The notes: generated by a model from the sequence alone, not told the origin. A stretch of 64,000 nucleotides of DNA from Microcoleus sp. (GCA_042408215.1 JAYFMW010000011.1:1-64000), one strand, 5' to 3'; shown: positions 43,130 through 55,209, counted from the first letter of the stretch. Program-made: numbers and translations.

Positions 43130-44002
43130 TTAATTCCCAGACTGGCTTGGGAAATATTTTTCCATGCCGTCGATCAGAAGTACCAATAAACCTAGTATAC
43201 CAGCAGAATACAAATCTCCGCCCCATCCTGCGTGTAGCCAAGTAAAAAGCCCCTCTTTTTGGGTGCCGTGAAAGTAAGTTAGTAAAGTATTGCGGAGGAT
43301 ATTTGAACTGATGCTAATGATAGATGTACTCCCTAGAAATAGAATGCTTCTTTTGTAGGAAGTCCAAACTCCAGTCCAGTCCAGCAGCATTAAGCTGACG
43401 TACAGACTGGTAAACAGCATTTTTAGGCCTGCACAGTGGGGCGCAACTTCTACAATGCGATCGTTTACGTAGAGATACATTTCTTCGACTCTCACGTTAA
43501 GACCTGCTTTGATTAATATTAAGCCTGATGTTTCAGCAATGAAGTGCTGCAACGGTAAGGCGTAGGGTTCTATTAAGTAAGGAATGTGGTTTGGTGAAGC
43601 CAGCAATACGAATAAAAGTGGCATCCCCTGCAATTTAAAACCAGGGATTCCTTTTAAACACAAGCAAATACTGGCTAGCATTACTGGTAGGGATAAATTC
43701 ACCAAATCGCTCAATCTACTCAGATAAAAAAGCGTCGCTAGTACCAGTAAAAAGCCTCCTAAAGGATGGGGGGAGTTGGGCAACTTACGCCAGCTATTTA
43801 GGTGCGTCCAAGCTATATAAGCCGCGTAGGGCAAACCAATTATTCCGTGGCTGAAATATTCGTGTTCGATGCTGATGTTTTTGTTTAACCAGCCGTCATA
43901 CCAGTGTACTAGCAGGGGGGCGTAAAGCAGCACTAGGAGTACCGTAATACTTTCCCCCAGGAGGTATCGCTTGAGAATGCGAATTTTGCGCTGGATGTTC
44001 AT
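43130..44002 (-). CDS. Cyanoexosortase B
   Basis: WYDGWLNKNISIEHEYFSHG, VEVAPHCAGLKM (Cys), NILRN, WLHAGWGGD. Confidence 0.9.
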   Translation of the reverse strand: MNIQRKIRILKRYLLGESITVLLVLLYAPLLVHWYDGWLNKNISIEHEYFSHGIIGLPYAAYIAWTHLNSWRKLPNSPHPLGGFLLVLATLFYLSRLSDLVNLSLPVMLASICLCLKGIPGFKLQGMPLLFVLLASPNHIPYLIEPYALPLQHFIAETSGLILIKAGLNVRVEEMYLYVNDRIVEVAPHCAGLKMLFTSLYVSLMLLDWTGVWTSYKRSILFLGSTSIISISSNILRNTLLTYFHGTQKEGLFTWLHAGWGGDLYSAGILGLLVLLIDGMEKYFPSQSGN

Positions 44003-44110
44003 GGTTTTAAACGTTTTGAGTTTTGAGTTTTGAGTTAAACAGTTTTTACAGCAGATTGCAGGTTTATGAAGTACACCCCAGAACGATCCCCCTAGGGACA
44101 CGGCATTGCC

Positions 44111-44321
44111 CATTGGTGTCAACTTAAGGTCAAACGTAGTATCAGTCTGCTGTTTGACTATTAAGGCCAGATCCCCCCTTAGCTTGCCCCCTACTCCCCC
44201 TTAAGAAGGGGGGAACAGGAAGCCTCTTTAAGTCCCCCTTCTTAAGGGGGATTTAGGGGGATCTAGACTTCGCCTAAAAGCGACATTTATTATGGGTTTT
44301 AGGCTTAAGTTGACACCTATG
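44111..44321. mobile_element. MITE family 2, copy 3
   Basis: CATTGGTGTCAACTTAAG...CTTAAGTTGACACCTATG inside a TAGGGACAC...GTGTCCCTAC palindrome. Confidence 0.78.
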
Positions 44322-44440
44322 GGCACGCTTGAGTGTCCCTACAAGGGCTTACCTGAAAAGTGCTGTAATTTGCAACTCAAAAGCTTTGAGAACGGAATTT
44401 CTACTGATTGAGACATCCTCACTTTAACTTTTGCGAAGAA

Positions 44441-45580
44441 TTAGCTATTAATTGATAATTCGATCGCCTTTACCACCTGCTCAATCTGAGTATTACTCAA
44501 TCCGGGATACATTGGCAATGATAAAATCTGTTGGCACAGAGTTTCTGTATGGGGAAAGTCCCCTGGATTGCCTAAGTTTTGGTAGGCTGGTTGCAAGTGA
44601 CAAGGTACGGGATAGTGAATGCCTGTTTGAATGCCATTTTCGCCGAGTTTTGCTTGCAGGGTATTGCGGTTAATGGAGCTTTTCTCAGTAACTTGAATCA
44701 CATAGAGGTGATAAATGTGACCGCTGCTACTGTGGTTGGCGATCGGTACTATGCCTTTGTGTTTGAGGGGTTCTAGTAAAGTATTGTAGTGTTGGGCGGC
44801 TAAATTGCGTCCGCGATTCCATGTTTCTAAATACGGCAATTTAACGTTGAGTACGGCGGCTTGCAAATTATCGAGGCGACTGTTGGTGCCGATTTCAGTG
44901 TGTAAATATTTGCTTGGTGCTCCGTAATTGCGTAACGTTCGCATTGTTTGTGCTACCTTTGCATCGTTGGTAATTAACATCCCGCCATCGCCAAATGAGC
45001 CGAGATTTTTGCTAGGATAAAAGCTGAATGCTGCTGCTTTGCCAAAGGAACCTGCACGGTATCCTTCTCTGGAAGCTAGATGGGCTTGGGCGGCATCTTC
45101 AAAGATGATTAAATTGTGGCGGTTGGCAAGGTCTAAAAGTTTGATAGGCGACACCATTTGACCGTATAAATGCACCGGAATAATTGCTTTAGTTTTTGAG
45201 GTAATAGCTGTTTCGGCTGCTGTGAGGTCAATCAGGGCGGTGTCAGGGTCACAATCTACGAGAATAGGTGTAGCCTTCGCTTGCATCACGCCAATTATGG
45301 TGGCGATAAAGGTGTTGGCTGGGATGATAATTTCGTCCCCTGGCTGAATCCCACAAGCTTGGAGTCCGAGGGCGATCGCATCTGTTCCACAGGCTACTCC
45401 TATACCATATTGTACACCACAAGCTGTGGCAAATGCTGTTTCAAATTCTGCCAATGCTTGACCTAAAATAAAGTCTCCTTGCTGGATGATTTCTCCAATT
45501 GCTTGTTCTATTTGAGTTTGGATTGGTTGGTGTTGCAGGGAGATGTCTACAAAGGGAATTTTGGGTAGATGGCTATTCAT
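44441..45580 (-). CDS. DegT/DnrJ/EryC1/StrS sugar aminotransferase
   Basis: CGTDAI, PVHLYGQ, EDAAQAH, FSFYPSKNLG, NSRLD. Confidence 0.93.
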   Translation of the reverse strand: MNSHLPKIPFVDISLQHQPIQTQIEQAIGEIIQQGDFILGQALAEFETAFATACGVQYGIGVACGTDAIALGLQACGIQPGDEIIIPANTFIATIIGVMQAKATPILVDCDPDTALIDLTAAETAITSKTKAIIPVHLYGQMVSPIKLLDLANRHNLIIFEDAAQAHLASREGYRAGSFGKAAAFSFYPSKNLGSFGDGGMLITNDAKVAQTMRTLRNYGAPSKYLHTEIGTNSRLDNLQAAVLNVKLPYLETWNRGRNLAAQHYNTLLEPLKHKGIVPIANHSSSGHIYHLYVIQVTEKSSINRNTLQAKLGENGIQTGIHYPVPCHLQPAYQNLGNPGDFPHTETLCQQILSLPMYPGLSNTQIEQVVKAIELSINS

Positions 45581-45826
45581 AAATAATTGGGATAGCAATT
45601 ATTTATCTTAACATTAAAATTTTCAATCTCAGGTTGAAAATACGAACCCGATCAATTATAATCAAACTCGCTGCTAATTTTGTTATTTTTTTTACCGCAG
45701 AGGGCGCAGAGAGCGCAGAGGAAAAGAGGAAGAGAGGAGAAACCCGATCGCATTTTTCGTGAATTGTCAACGAGATTAAAATCTTCCGCTAAAATAGAAT
45801 CAGATGATTTTTATTCAATCAAGCTC

Positions 45827-46864
45827 ATGGAATACAAAAAACTCGGCGATAGCGACTTGTCAGTATCTGAACTCTGTTTGGGTACGATGACTTACGGCCA
45901 GCAAAATACCGTGGAAGAAGCGGCTCAACAACTCGATTTTGCCATAGATAGAGGTGTCAATTTTATTGATACAGCAGAAATGTATCCTGTCCCTGGAAAT
46001 CCAAAAACTCAGGGGAAAACAGAGGAATATATTGGCGAATGGTTGGTCAAGCAACAACGGGATAAAGTCATTATAGCGACTAAAGTGGCTGGGCGAAGTT
46101 CTCGATTAAAGTGGATTCGGGAAGGGAAAAATCAGATCGATCGCCCAAATGTGGAAAAAGCACTGAATGACAGCCTCAAACGCCTGCAAACAGACTACAT
46201 CGACCTGTATCAGATCCACTGGCCCGATCGCTATGTGCCGCTATTTGGTGCACCGGATTACGACATCGCTCAAGAACACGAAACCGTACCTATTCAGGAA
46301 CAATTAGAGGTATTTTCTGACTTGATTAAAGCTGGCAAAATCCGCTATTTGGGTTTAAGCAATGAGACTCCTTGGGGAGTTTGCGAGTTTTGCGAATTGG
46401 CCCAAAAACATGGCTTGCCGAAAGTGGTTTCTATTCAGAATGCTTTCAGTTTGAGCAATCGGACGTTTCACATGAATTTAGCGGAAACTTGCCGCTTTAA
46501 GAATGTGGGATTGATGGCTTACAGTCCTTTGGGTTTTGGGATTTTAACGGGTAAATACTTGAATGGAATTCCTGAAAATTCGCGGCTGGCTTTGTTTGCG
46601 GGATTCGGTCAGCGTTATGATAAAACTAATCTGAATGATGCGGTGAAAGCTTATTTGGAGATTGCTGGGAAACATGGGATAAGTCCGGCGCAGATGGCTT
46701 TGGCTTATGTGCGATCGCGCTGGTTTGTTACGAGCACGATTATTGGTGCAACCAGCCTCGAACAATTGGAGGAAAATCTCGGTAGTTTGGAGGTGAATTT
46801 GGATCGGGATATTATAGCGGAAATCGATGCGGTGCACGCTAAGTATCCGAATCCGACACCGTAA
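45827..46864 (+). CDS. NADP(H)-dependent aldo/keto reductase (Tas-like)
   Basis: LCLGTMTYGQQN, DTAEMYPVP, DLYQIHWPDR, GLSNETPWG. Confidence 0.92.
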   Translation: MEYKKLGDSDLSVSELCLGTMTYGQQNTVEEAAQQLDFAIDRGVNFIDTAEMYPVPGNPKTQGKTEEYIGEWLVKQQRDKVIIATKVAGRSSRLKWIREGKNQIDRPNVEKALNDSLKRLQTDYIDLYQIHWPDRYVPLFGAPDYDIAQEHETVPIQEQLEVFSDLIKAGKIRYLGLSNETPWGVCEFCELAQKHGLPKVVSIQNAFSLSNRTFHMNLAETCRFKNVGLMAYSPLGFGILTGKYLNGIPENSRLALFAGFGQRYDKTNLNDAVKAYLEIAGKHGISPAQMALAYVRSRWFVTSTIIGATSLEQLEENLGSLEVNLDRDIIAEIDAVHAKYPNPTP

Positions 46865-47859
46865 GTTTATTAGTAGGTTGGGTTGAGGTAACGAACCCTA
46901 CGTTTCACTTCGCCCAATTTACCACTTTAACATCCGAAAATTACATAGACAGAACTTACGCACTCCGCCAAAGCACGCTCGCGAAGTGTTGTACTGAGCG
47001 AAGCCGAAGTGTCGAAGTGTTTACTGAATCTGCGGGCTGTAACGAGGTACGATCGCGAAAAACCGGGTTTCTGAGTTCCCATGCTGTAGATAAGGGTTAC
47101 ATCCGTTGTTCGAGAAGGAGGAATTTATTAGTCCGGCTTTTGCTAGCTGTACCGATGCTGTGGTATTAGGTAAGTAGTTGGTTTTGGTGGTGTTTTGGGC
47201 GATCGCCCTTTTTGTGGTTAATGAATATTTTAACCGCAGATGCACGCGGATGAACGCGGATGAAAGAGGGATGTTTTGGGCGATCGTTCTTGACGCAGAG
47301 GGGTGATCGTGGCCATAGCATCCCGAACTCAACAATTTTTCAAGTCAGGAATTCCCATAGCTGGGAATTTTCAACATTGAAAATAAAACTTACGCATCGA
47401 GCTCTAGAAACCGGGTTTTTGCCAAAATACTTTCTTCCATCCCGAAGACTTGGTAAAAACCCGGTTTCTTCGATCGGAGTGCATAAGTCCTGATTTACCT
47501 ACAGGAATTCCCAATATTGGAAATTTTGAATAGGACTTACCCACTAATTCTGTAGAAACTTGTTTAATTTATATAACGGCAAAATAAATATAATTGAAGT
47601 ATATCTAATCTTGACAGATTCATCAGAATACCTTTAAAATATGAAATATGTTCTATTGTTCTGATGCCTAATTATTGAGGCGTTAATGTTAATATTAGAA
47701 CATCATCTTTATTTCGATTGCAATGCCGAATCCTACCTGATACGAAAAAGGCCCGCCTGAACTACCAATTCAGACAATGCCCTCGTTTTAGCTAGGTAGC
47801 TCAGTTGATTTGACCTCTGAACGTCAGACCAACACAAGTAAACCCAACTTTTCAAATAT

Positions 47860-48165
47860 ATGTTCCACAATTATAACCCACAAGACGGACAGTGGTATGC
47901 CAAGCATAGCCTGACTGCGATCGCCCTCTCTGCTTTGGCGGAGTTAAACCCCGCTTGGGCAGAGTGTATCCGCAGTCTGCTTCAGGAAAAGGATGAAACG
48001 ATCGAAGAAATGCAACAGGAGCAAGATGATTTACAAGATGAAAATCTTGAACTACAACAAGAAGTAGATTCATTGAAGGATGAGAACCTTGAACTGCGAC
48101 AACGAGTAGATCCCCTTTCGCCAGATTGTCTTTCGATTGAAGACTCTTTTGATGAGGAATATTAA
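47860..48165 (+). CDS. Acidic coiled-coil hypothetical protein
   Basis: 101-aa ORF with a duplicated DENLELxQxVD motif; upstream TTGACA-N18-TAAAAT at 47611-47640. Confidence 0.6.
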   Translation: MFHNYNPQDGQWYAKHSLTAIALSALAELNPAWAECIRSLLQEKDETIEEMQQEQDDLQDENLELQQEVDSLKDENLELRQRVDPLSPDCLSIEDSFDEEY

Positions 48166-48363
48166 ACAGGGATGTAGGTAAATTCATCAAAACGTCGATC
48201 GGGATTTACGCACTCCGACAAAGAAACCGGGTTTTTAGCGAATTTACTCGCCACAACGAAGTATTTTCGCAAAAACCCGGTTTCTGGAGCCCCCTGTTTT
48301 TCTTCATTCTTCAACCCGCGCAGGCGGGTTTTGTTCGTGTAGACGCGGTTTCAACCGCCGGGT

Positions 48364-50376
48364 TTAATGTCCCAATAACTTATCCCGCAAATGCTTGATG
48401 CGATCGCGCAATTTACCCGCCTCCTCAAACTCCAACTTCTTCGCCGCCTCCTTCATCTGCGCCTCCAACCGCCCAATCAACTCAGGAATCTCATCCAAAG
48501 ATAACTCGTTTGCGTGTTCGTAAACCTCCTCCAACTGCTGAGAATTCAGCTTGCGCGACACATCCAAAAATGCCAAAATCGCATTACTCGATCGCTTTTT
48601 GGCGATCGGCTGCGGCGTAATCCCGTGCATCTTATTATACGCTAGCTGGATTCCCCGACGGCGATCGGTTTCATCGATCGCCCTAACCATACTATCCGTC
48701 ATATTATCCGCGTACAAAATAGCCTGTCCCTGAACGTGCCGCGCCGCCCTTCCAATCGTTTGAATCAACGAACGTCCCGATCGCAAAAACCCCTCTTTAT
48801 CCGCATCCAAAATTACAACTAGAGACACCTCCGGCAAATCCAAACCTTCCCGCAACAAATTCACCCCAATCAATACATCAAACTTTCCATCCTGCAAATC
48901 TTGGATAATTTCGATGCGTTGAATCGACTGGATTTCCGAGTGCAAATACCGCACTCTAATTGCCCTCTCCTGCAAATATTCGGTTAAATCTTCCGCCATC
49001 CGCTTCGTTAAAGTCGTCACCAAAACTCGCTCGTTCAGACTAACTCTTTCTTTGATTTCACCCAACAAATCGTCAATTTGTCCTGCCGTCGGACGCACAA
49101 ATATAGCCGGATCGACCACTCCTGTCGGGCGGATAACCTGTTCGGCAACTCTGCCGCCCGAATTTTCAATTTCCCAATCTCCAGGCGTTGCAGACACAAA
49201 AATGCACTGATTAGCTTTTTCCCAAAATTCCTCTGCTTTCAAAGGGCGATTATCCGCCGCACTCGGCAAGCGAAATCCATGTTCAATTAATACTTTTTTG
49301 CGCGCTTGGTCGCCATTATACATTCCCCGAATTTGCGGGACTGTGACGTGGGATTCATCGATCACCAACATCCAATCTTTGGGGAAATAATCAATCAAAC
49401 ATTCCGGCGGTTCCCCGGCATTTCTGCCTGCTAAGTGGCGGGAATAATTCTCGACTCCGTTGCAGTATCCTACCTCGCGCAGCATTTCCAAATCGTAGCG
49501 GGTGCGCTGTTCTTGTCGTTGTGCTTCTAATAGTTTTCCGCTTTTTTCTAATTCTTCCAGTCGCGCTTCTAGTTCTTGTTCTATGGCGGTGCAAGCTTCT
49601 TCTAATCTGTCTTCTGGTGTGACAAAGTGGCGGGCTGGATAAATATTTAAAGCTTCTACTTTTTGAATTGTTTTACCTGTCACCGGGTCAACGTAGCGGA
49701 TGGCATCTATTTCATCGCCGAAGAATTCAATGCGAATAATTCTATCTTCATAAGCGGGGCCAATTTCTAAAACATCGCCTTTGACTCGAAATTTGCCTCT
49801 CCCTAAATCTATGTCATTGCGGCTGTATTGGATGTTAACTAAATCTCGCAAAACTTGCCGCTGATTGATTTCCATTCCTACTCGCAAAGGAATAGCGGCT
49901 TTCAGGTATTCTGCTGGCATTCCTAAACCGTAGATGCAGCTAATGGATGCTACGACAATTACGTCGCGGCGTTCAAAGAGCGATCGCGTGGCTGAGTGTC
50001 GCAGCATATCAATTTCTTCATTAATTGCTGCCGTTTTTTCAATGTAAGTATCGCTGACGGCAATGTATGCTTCAGGTTGATAATAGTCGTAATAACTGAC
50101 AAAATATTCGACAGCATTGTTGGGGAAAAAATTACGCAGTTCGTTGCACAGTTGAGCGGCGAGGGTTTTGTTGTGGGCGAGCACTAAGGTGGGCTTGCCG
50201 ATCTTTTCAATCACCGCTGCAATGGAAAAGGTTTTGCCGGTACCTGTGGCCCCTAGTAAGGTTTGAAATCGATCGCCCGCTTGGATGCTTTTGACGAGTT
50301 GGGCGATCGCTACCGGTTGGTCGCCTGTAGGCTCGAAGGGCGCTTGCAATTGAAAAGATGCTGCCGCAGTTACCAT
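48364..50376 (-). CDS. uvrB: Excinuclease ABC subunit B
   Basis: [31 protein letters not shown]-terminal UVR domain. Confidence 0.97.
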   Translation of the reverse strand: MVTAAASFQLQAPFEPTGDQPVAIAQLVKSIQAGDRFQTLLGATGTGKTFSIAAVIEKIGKPTLVLAHNKTLAAQLCNELRNFFPNNAVEYFVSYYDYYQPEAYIAVSDTYIEKTAAINEEIDMLRHSATRSLFERRDVIVVASISCIYGLGMPAEYLKAAIPLRVGMEINQRQVLRDLVNIQYSRNDIDLGRGKFRVKGDVLEIGPAYEDRIIRIEFFGDEIDAIRYVDPVTGKTIQKVEALNIYPARHFVTPEDRLEEACTAIEQELEARLEELEKSGKLLEAQRQEQRTRYDLEMLREVGYCNGVENYSRHLAGRNAGEPPECLIDYFPKDWMLVIDESHVTVPQIRGMYNGDQARKKVLIEHGFRLPSAADNRPLKAEEFWEKANQCIFVSATPGDWEIENSGGRVAEQVIRPTGVVDPAIFVRPTAGQIDDLLGEIKERVSLNERVLVTTLTKRMAEDLTEYLQERAIRVRYLHSEIQSIQRIEIIQDLQDGKFDVLIGVNLLREGLDLPEVSLVVILDADKEGFLRSGRSLIQTIGRAARHVQGQAILYADNMTDSMVRAIDETDRRRGIQLAYNKMHGITPQPIAKKRSSNAILAFLDVSRKLNSQQLEEVYEHANELSLDEIPELIGRLEAQMKEAAKKLEFEEAGKLRDRIKHLRDKLLGH

Positions 50377-50576
50377 AGGAAAATGTAGCTATTACCTAGG
50401 AATTTTAACAAAAATACAACTCCTATGCAATTTAGTTGAGAAAGTTGTTAGACTTTATCATATTATTTTAATAATTGACCAAAATAGAAAGCAGAAAGCC
50501 CAGAAAAGCAGTTGTCCCAGTCCGACGCTTTCCGAACCCAGCAATCAAAAGCCCAATAATTCAACAGGAAAAAATT

Positions 50577-51050
50577 ATGACTCTCAGCCCCAAAGGTAAA
50601 GGTAATGCGATCGCCCAGCGCGGTAAAGCAGCTTCCAAGAGCGAAGCGGCAGTAGCCACCGACACCAAACAAGCAGGAATTCAACTCTATCTGCCGGCTG
50701 GCTTACCCAACCGCCCTGTTGGCCCAAACGACTTTACCGTGAGCCAGATTGTCTCGATATCGGGGAATCGCCCGATCGGCACTAGCACCCTGCACATCAG
50801 CGAAACCTACGGTATTGTAGGTAACCGCCCCGTGGAAGCGAGCAACTTTGAAGTAGTGGCGACATTGGGGAGACGCCCGATCGGCACCAGCGCTATGCAA
50901 GTCAGCGAAATGTTCAGTATGTCGGGTGCGCGGCCAATCGCCGTCAGCACTCTTCACATTGACGAAGTTTACTCGACAATGGGTGGGAATCGCCCAATTG
51001 CTTCCAACGAAATTGATGACACTTGGACTTTAATGGGCTTCTTAGATTAA
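50577..51050 (+). CDS. Hypothetical protein with six xRP(I/V) repeats
   Basis: NRPVG, NRPIG, NRPVE, RRPIG, ARPIA, NRPIA. Confidence 0.72.
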   Translation: MTLSPKGKGNAIAQRGKAASKSEAAVATDTKQAGIQLYLPAGLPNRPVGPNDFTVSQIVSISGNRPIGTSTLHISETYGIVGNRPVEASNFEVVATLGRRPIGTSAMQVSEMFSMSGARPIAVSTLHIDEVYSTMGGNRPIASNEIDDTWTLMGFLD

Positions 51051-51060
51051 GTAGTCATTA

Positions 51061-51428
51061 GTCATTAGTCATTAGTCAGCAGTCATTAGTTAGGATTCAG
51101 TATTCATCAGCTAATACACAATTGCTAACTGGCAATTTGACTAATGACTATAGTCATTAGTCATTAGTCAGCAGTCATTAGTTAGGATTCAGGATTCATC
51201 AGCTAATACACAATTGCTAACTGGCAATTTGACTAATGACTATAGTCATTAGTCATTAGTCAGCAGTCATTAGTTAGGATTCAGGATTCATCAGCTAATA
51301 CACAATTGCTAACTGGCAATTTGACTAATGACTATAGTCATTAGTCATTAGTCAGCAGTCATTAGTTAGGATTCAGTATTCATCAGCTAATACACAATTG
51401 CTAACTGGCAATTTGACTAATGACTAAT
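51061..51428. repeat. Four tandem 92-bp units, followed by a (TGACTAA)n tract to 51680
   Basis: 92-bp period from 51061; each unit bounded by GTCATTAGTCA/TGACTAATGAC. Confidence 0.9.
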
Positions 51429-51679
51429 GATATTAAGTCCGGTTAATTGCTGATAAAACCTGTACGGGCATTGGACATTGGGCATGGCTAAAATGACTAA
51501 TGACTAATGACTAATGACTAATGACTAATGACTAATGACTAATGACTAATGACTAATGACCAATGACTAATGACCAATGACTAATGACCTAATGACTAAT
51601 GACTAATGACTAATGACTAATGACTAATGACTAATGACCAATGACTAATGACCAATGACTAATGACTAATGACTAATAA

Positions 51680-54607
51680 CTAATTTCTCGGTTTCTGATA
51701 TTTACTCAACAAAGCCACAAATCGCTTGTAATCCAAAGGCTTTCTCAAATACTCCGCCGCTCCCAATTCCCAACCCTGATTTTGGTCGTCCAAAAAAGTC
51801 GTCATAATCACCGGAATATCAGCCAAATCTGGATCGGCTTTCAAAGCAGACAGCACCGCCCAGCCATCCATACTCGGCATCATCACATCTAGAGTAATTG
51901 CATCGGGCCGCAACTCAGACGCCAACAGCAGCCCCGCTTCACCGCTAGCCGAAGAATGCACCCGAAATCCCTGTTTGGACAAGCAGCGGGCGATCAGCTC
52001 CCGTGCATCCGGGTCATCGTCAATCACCAAGACGATCGCAGCATCAGGTAACAGCGACGCAGCCGATCGCATTTCGGCTTCACTGACTCGCTCCACCGCT
52101 ACACCTGTCTCCGAATCAAGAGAAGACTCATTCTGAAATTCTGTCATTTCTGTCGATCGCCCAGCTTCTTTCTTGCTTTTAACCTCAATCGGTAATCGGA
52201 TCGTAAAAGTAGAACCCTTCTCAAACTCGCTGTCAACACTAATGTCTCCGCCCATCATCTGACAAAACTTGCGACTAATTGTCAGCCCCAAACCAGTACC
52301 GCCGTACCTGCGGGTGGTGGAATCATCCGCCTGTGCGAAGGCCCCGAACAGCCTCAACACCTGATCCTCAGTCATCCCAATCCCGCTGTCGGTGACTTGA
52401 AAGACGATCGAGGGCCTTTGACACCCAGAGCGATCGCGAGGCGAGGAGTCCGAATTGTCTATCTGCAAAACCGCCTCTTTCTCCAGCCAAACACTAATCG
52501 TAATTTTGCCGCGAGAAGTAAACTTAGCAGCATTGCTCGCCAAATTCAGCAGCGCTTGTCGTACTTTCCCAGCATCAGCGTACATTGTGCCGAGATTGCT
52601 GTCACAGTGGATGCTAAGAATGTTGCCATTTTTCGCGATCAGGGGTTGAACAGTCGTTACCACCTCAGAGAGCAAGTTCGAGATGGGGAAAGTCTCCAAA
52701 CAAAGAGTCATCTTTCCGGCTTCAATCTTAGAAATATCGAGAATATCGCTAATAATATTCAGCAACTGCTTACCTGCAATATTAATGCTGGTCAAATCCA
52801 TCACAAACTCTTCTTGCTCTAGTTCCAGGGCCTCTTCTTGCAGTAGCTCACTGTAGCCGATAATCGCATTTAAAGGCGTCCGCAACTCATGAGTCATATT
52901 TGCCAAAAATGTACTTTTCGCCCGGTTCGCAGCCTCCGCAGCCTCCTTAGCGACTTCCAATTCAAGGCTACGTTCCTCTAGCTGCTGACGCCGCACTTCC
53001 AAACCCTTGAGCAAACTGCTAATTTGCAGTGCCATTGTATTGAGAGTATAGGAAAGCACGCCGATCGCATCATTAGACACAACAGGCGATCGAGCCGTCA
53101 AATCCCCGCTCGCCATTAATTCCGCAGCTTCCCTGAGCAAGCCGAGATTCCGAATAATTGACGACACCGACACCAAAGCAACTATTCCGGCGATCGAACT
53201 CAAAACCCAAGCAGCCATCAGCCAACGCTGAGTGCGACTCACCACCGCCAGAGTCTGCTGCACCAGCACTGCAATTGCTTCGTCAGGAACCCTCCCAGCC
53301 GGGGCCCCAGCAGATTGTATTCCCAACAAATAGTTTTTCATCTCCACAGCACCGATCCACCCAGCCCCTACGGCCATCCAAGCGATCAGTACCAAAATCA
53401 CAAACAGCCCAATCAAAGACGCCCGAGTTCCCACCGAGAGCCGCCTCGGAGCAAGTGCCGCCGCCCAAGGATAGTTTTTGAGAAAAGGATCTGGCTGTAC
53501 CGGTTCGCCAGAATTCCAAATCTCCTCAATTTGACCGTCTGACCTCACCTTACCAATTCGCACTGTTTTCCAGGTATGCTGCGTTTCGGCATCTATTTTA
53601 ACTTGACCTGAAGGCGCCGCAAACTCGATATTTTTAGCAGCCGCCCTGACTTTGGCAACTTCTGTTGAACCCGCTTTTTCTACTGCTTGCTTCCACAGGT
53701 AAACGCCCAAATAAGCCGCTTCGATCGGGTCATCCGTCACTCGATTTTTCCCATATTTAGCTTTATAAGCCTTGACAAATTTCTGATTTTCTGGTATATC
53801 CACCGTTTGGAAATAGTTCCAAACTACCAAATGTCCGGCAATATTTTCCGGTCCGATCGCCCGCACCTCTTCCTCTGCTACGCTGACCGACATCACCGGC
53901 AACTTGTCAGCCGTCAAGCCAGCCGATCGCAGATGAAGGAAAAAAGCCACATTGCTATCGCCGTTGAGAGTATTCAGAATTGCATCCGGCTTAACTGCTA
54001 GGATCTGGGCGATCGCTTCATCAACATCCCTCGAACCCAAAGGCAGATACACTTCCCCCGCCAACTCTCCCCCTTTTGCCACCAGTTGAGCTTTCACAAT
54101 CAGATTCGCCGTGCGGGGAAAAATATAATCCGAACCCAGCAAGAAAATTTTCCGCTTCGACAGTGCCAGCAAGTAATCCACACAAGGGATAATTTGTTGA
54201 TTAGGAGCAGCCCCAGTGTAGAAAATATTGGGAGACTGCTCTAATCCCTCATACTGCACCGGATAAAACAGCAACCCATTCAGATTCTCGAACACTGGAA
54301 GCACAGCCTTGCGGCTAGCCGAAGTCCAGCAACCAAATACTACCGCCACCTGAGCTTCTGTGAGCAATTGCTTAGCTTTTTGAGCAAAAGTCTGCAAATC
54401 GCTTGCCCCATCTTCCATCACTACCTCTAGGGGGCATCCGAGCACTCCTCCGGTAGCATTAATTTCCTCAACAGCCAACAGCGTCGCGTCTTTAACAGAA
54501 ATTTCGCTGATAGACATCGTGCCAGTCAGCGAATGCAACACGCCTATTTTTATCGGCTCACTCGCCCTGAATTCTACTTCGAGGGGGGTACTGCTCCTTG
54601 CTCCCAT
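51680..54607 (-). CDS. Hybrid histidine kinase with an N-terminal UrtA/AmiC-type binding domain (2 TM, HAMP, HisKA, HATPase, REC)
   Basis: [60 protein letters not shown]. Confidence 0.9.
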   Translation of the reverse strand: MGARSSTPLEVEFRASEPIKIGVLHSLTGTMSISEISVKDATLLAVEEINATGGVLGCPLEVVMEDGASDLQTFAQKAKQLLTEAQVAVVFGCWTSASRKAVLPVFENLNGLLFYPVQYEGLEQSPNIFYTGAAPNQQIIPCVDYLLALSKRKIFLLGSDYIFPRTANLIVKAQLVAKGGELAGEVYLPLGSRDVDEAIAQILAVKPDAILNTLNGDSNVAFFLHLRSAGLTADKLPVMSVSVAEEEVRAIGPENIAGHLVVWNYFQTVDIPENQKFVKAYKAKYGKNRVTDDPIEAAYLGVYLWKQAVEKAGSTEVAKVRAAAKNIEFAAPSGQVKIDAETQHTWKTVRIGKVRSDGQIEEIWNSGEPVQPDPFLKNYPWAAALAPRRLSVGTRASLIGLFVILVLIAWMAVGAGWIGAVEMKNYLLGIQSAGAPAGRVPDEAIAVLVQQTLAVVSRTQRWLMAAWVLSSIAGIVALVSVSSIIRNLGLLREAAELMASGDLTARSPVVSNDAIGVLSYTLNTMALQISSLLKGLEVRRQQLEERSLELEVAKEAAEAANRAKSTFLANMTHELRTPLNAIIGYSELLQEEALELEQEEFVMDLTSINIAGKQLLNIISDILDISKIEAGKMTLCLETFPISNLLSEVVTTVQPLIAKNGNILSIHCDSNLGTMYADAGKVRQALLNLASNAAKFTSRGKITISVWLEKEAVLQIDNSDSSPRDRSGCQRPSIVFQVTDSGIGMTEDQVLRLFGAFAQADDSTTRRYGGTGLGLTISRKFCQMMGGDISVDSEFEKGSTFTIRLPIEVKSKKEAGRSTEMTEFQNESSLDSETGVAVERVSEAEMRSAASLLPDAAIVLVIDDDPDARELIARCLSKQGFRVHSSASGEAGLLLASELRPDAITLDVMMPSMDGWAVLSALKADPDLADIPVIMTTFLDDQNQGWELGAAEYLRKPLDYKRFVALLSKYQKPRN

Positions 54608-54981
54608 AGGGTTTTAGATTCTTTTTACTAGCCTACAAATTTTAATTCAATCCGGCAGGGAGTAGCCTCCGATCCTAACTCTTTTTTAGCAGATTATTTA
54701 ACCCGACTGCAATAAAACTTTGCAATTGGTCCCCTCTATTGATTTTAACTGGAAAACTCAAATTCCGCATTTTCCAGAGCTTGCCTTCAGCCTAGACTGC
54801 GAGCGAGGTTCTAGAACCGCAATGTCTTGACACCCTGAGTTTTCTAAAGCCAGAAACCCTTTCCCTAATCTCCCTTTCGGCAGATGGACTTCCCAAGGAT
54901 TTTTTTTTATGATTAGTGTAGAGTTAACTTGCCGGTGGCAATCTTTCAACTAAATAATTTAAACCCAAGGATGAATGAAGA

Positions 54982-55188
54982 ATGAATATTCAAAAAACCC
55001 CCCCCATCACCGTCAGCGGCTGTGAAGTCACGCTCCCAAAATCCAAAGAGGAATTACTCGCCGAGGAAACGGAAAAAGCCCTCGGTCAGCAGAAACAAAA
55101 TGATGCTCAAACTATGCGTGCTGTCGAACAGTTAAAAGAAGAACTTCAGCACAAAATAGACGAAGAATGTCATCACAAGGTAGATTAA
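54982..55188 (+). CDS. Small hypothetical protein
   Basis: 68-aa ORF with AAGGA upstream and a terminator-like hairpin downstream. Confidence 0.55.
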   Translation: MNIQKTPPITVSGCEVTLPKSKEELLAEETEKALGQQKQNDAQTMRAVEQLKEELQHKIDEECHHKVD

Positions 55189-55209
55189 ACTATCATGCAG
55201 ATTTTCAGC

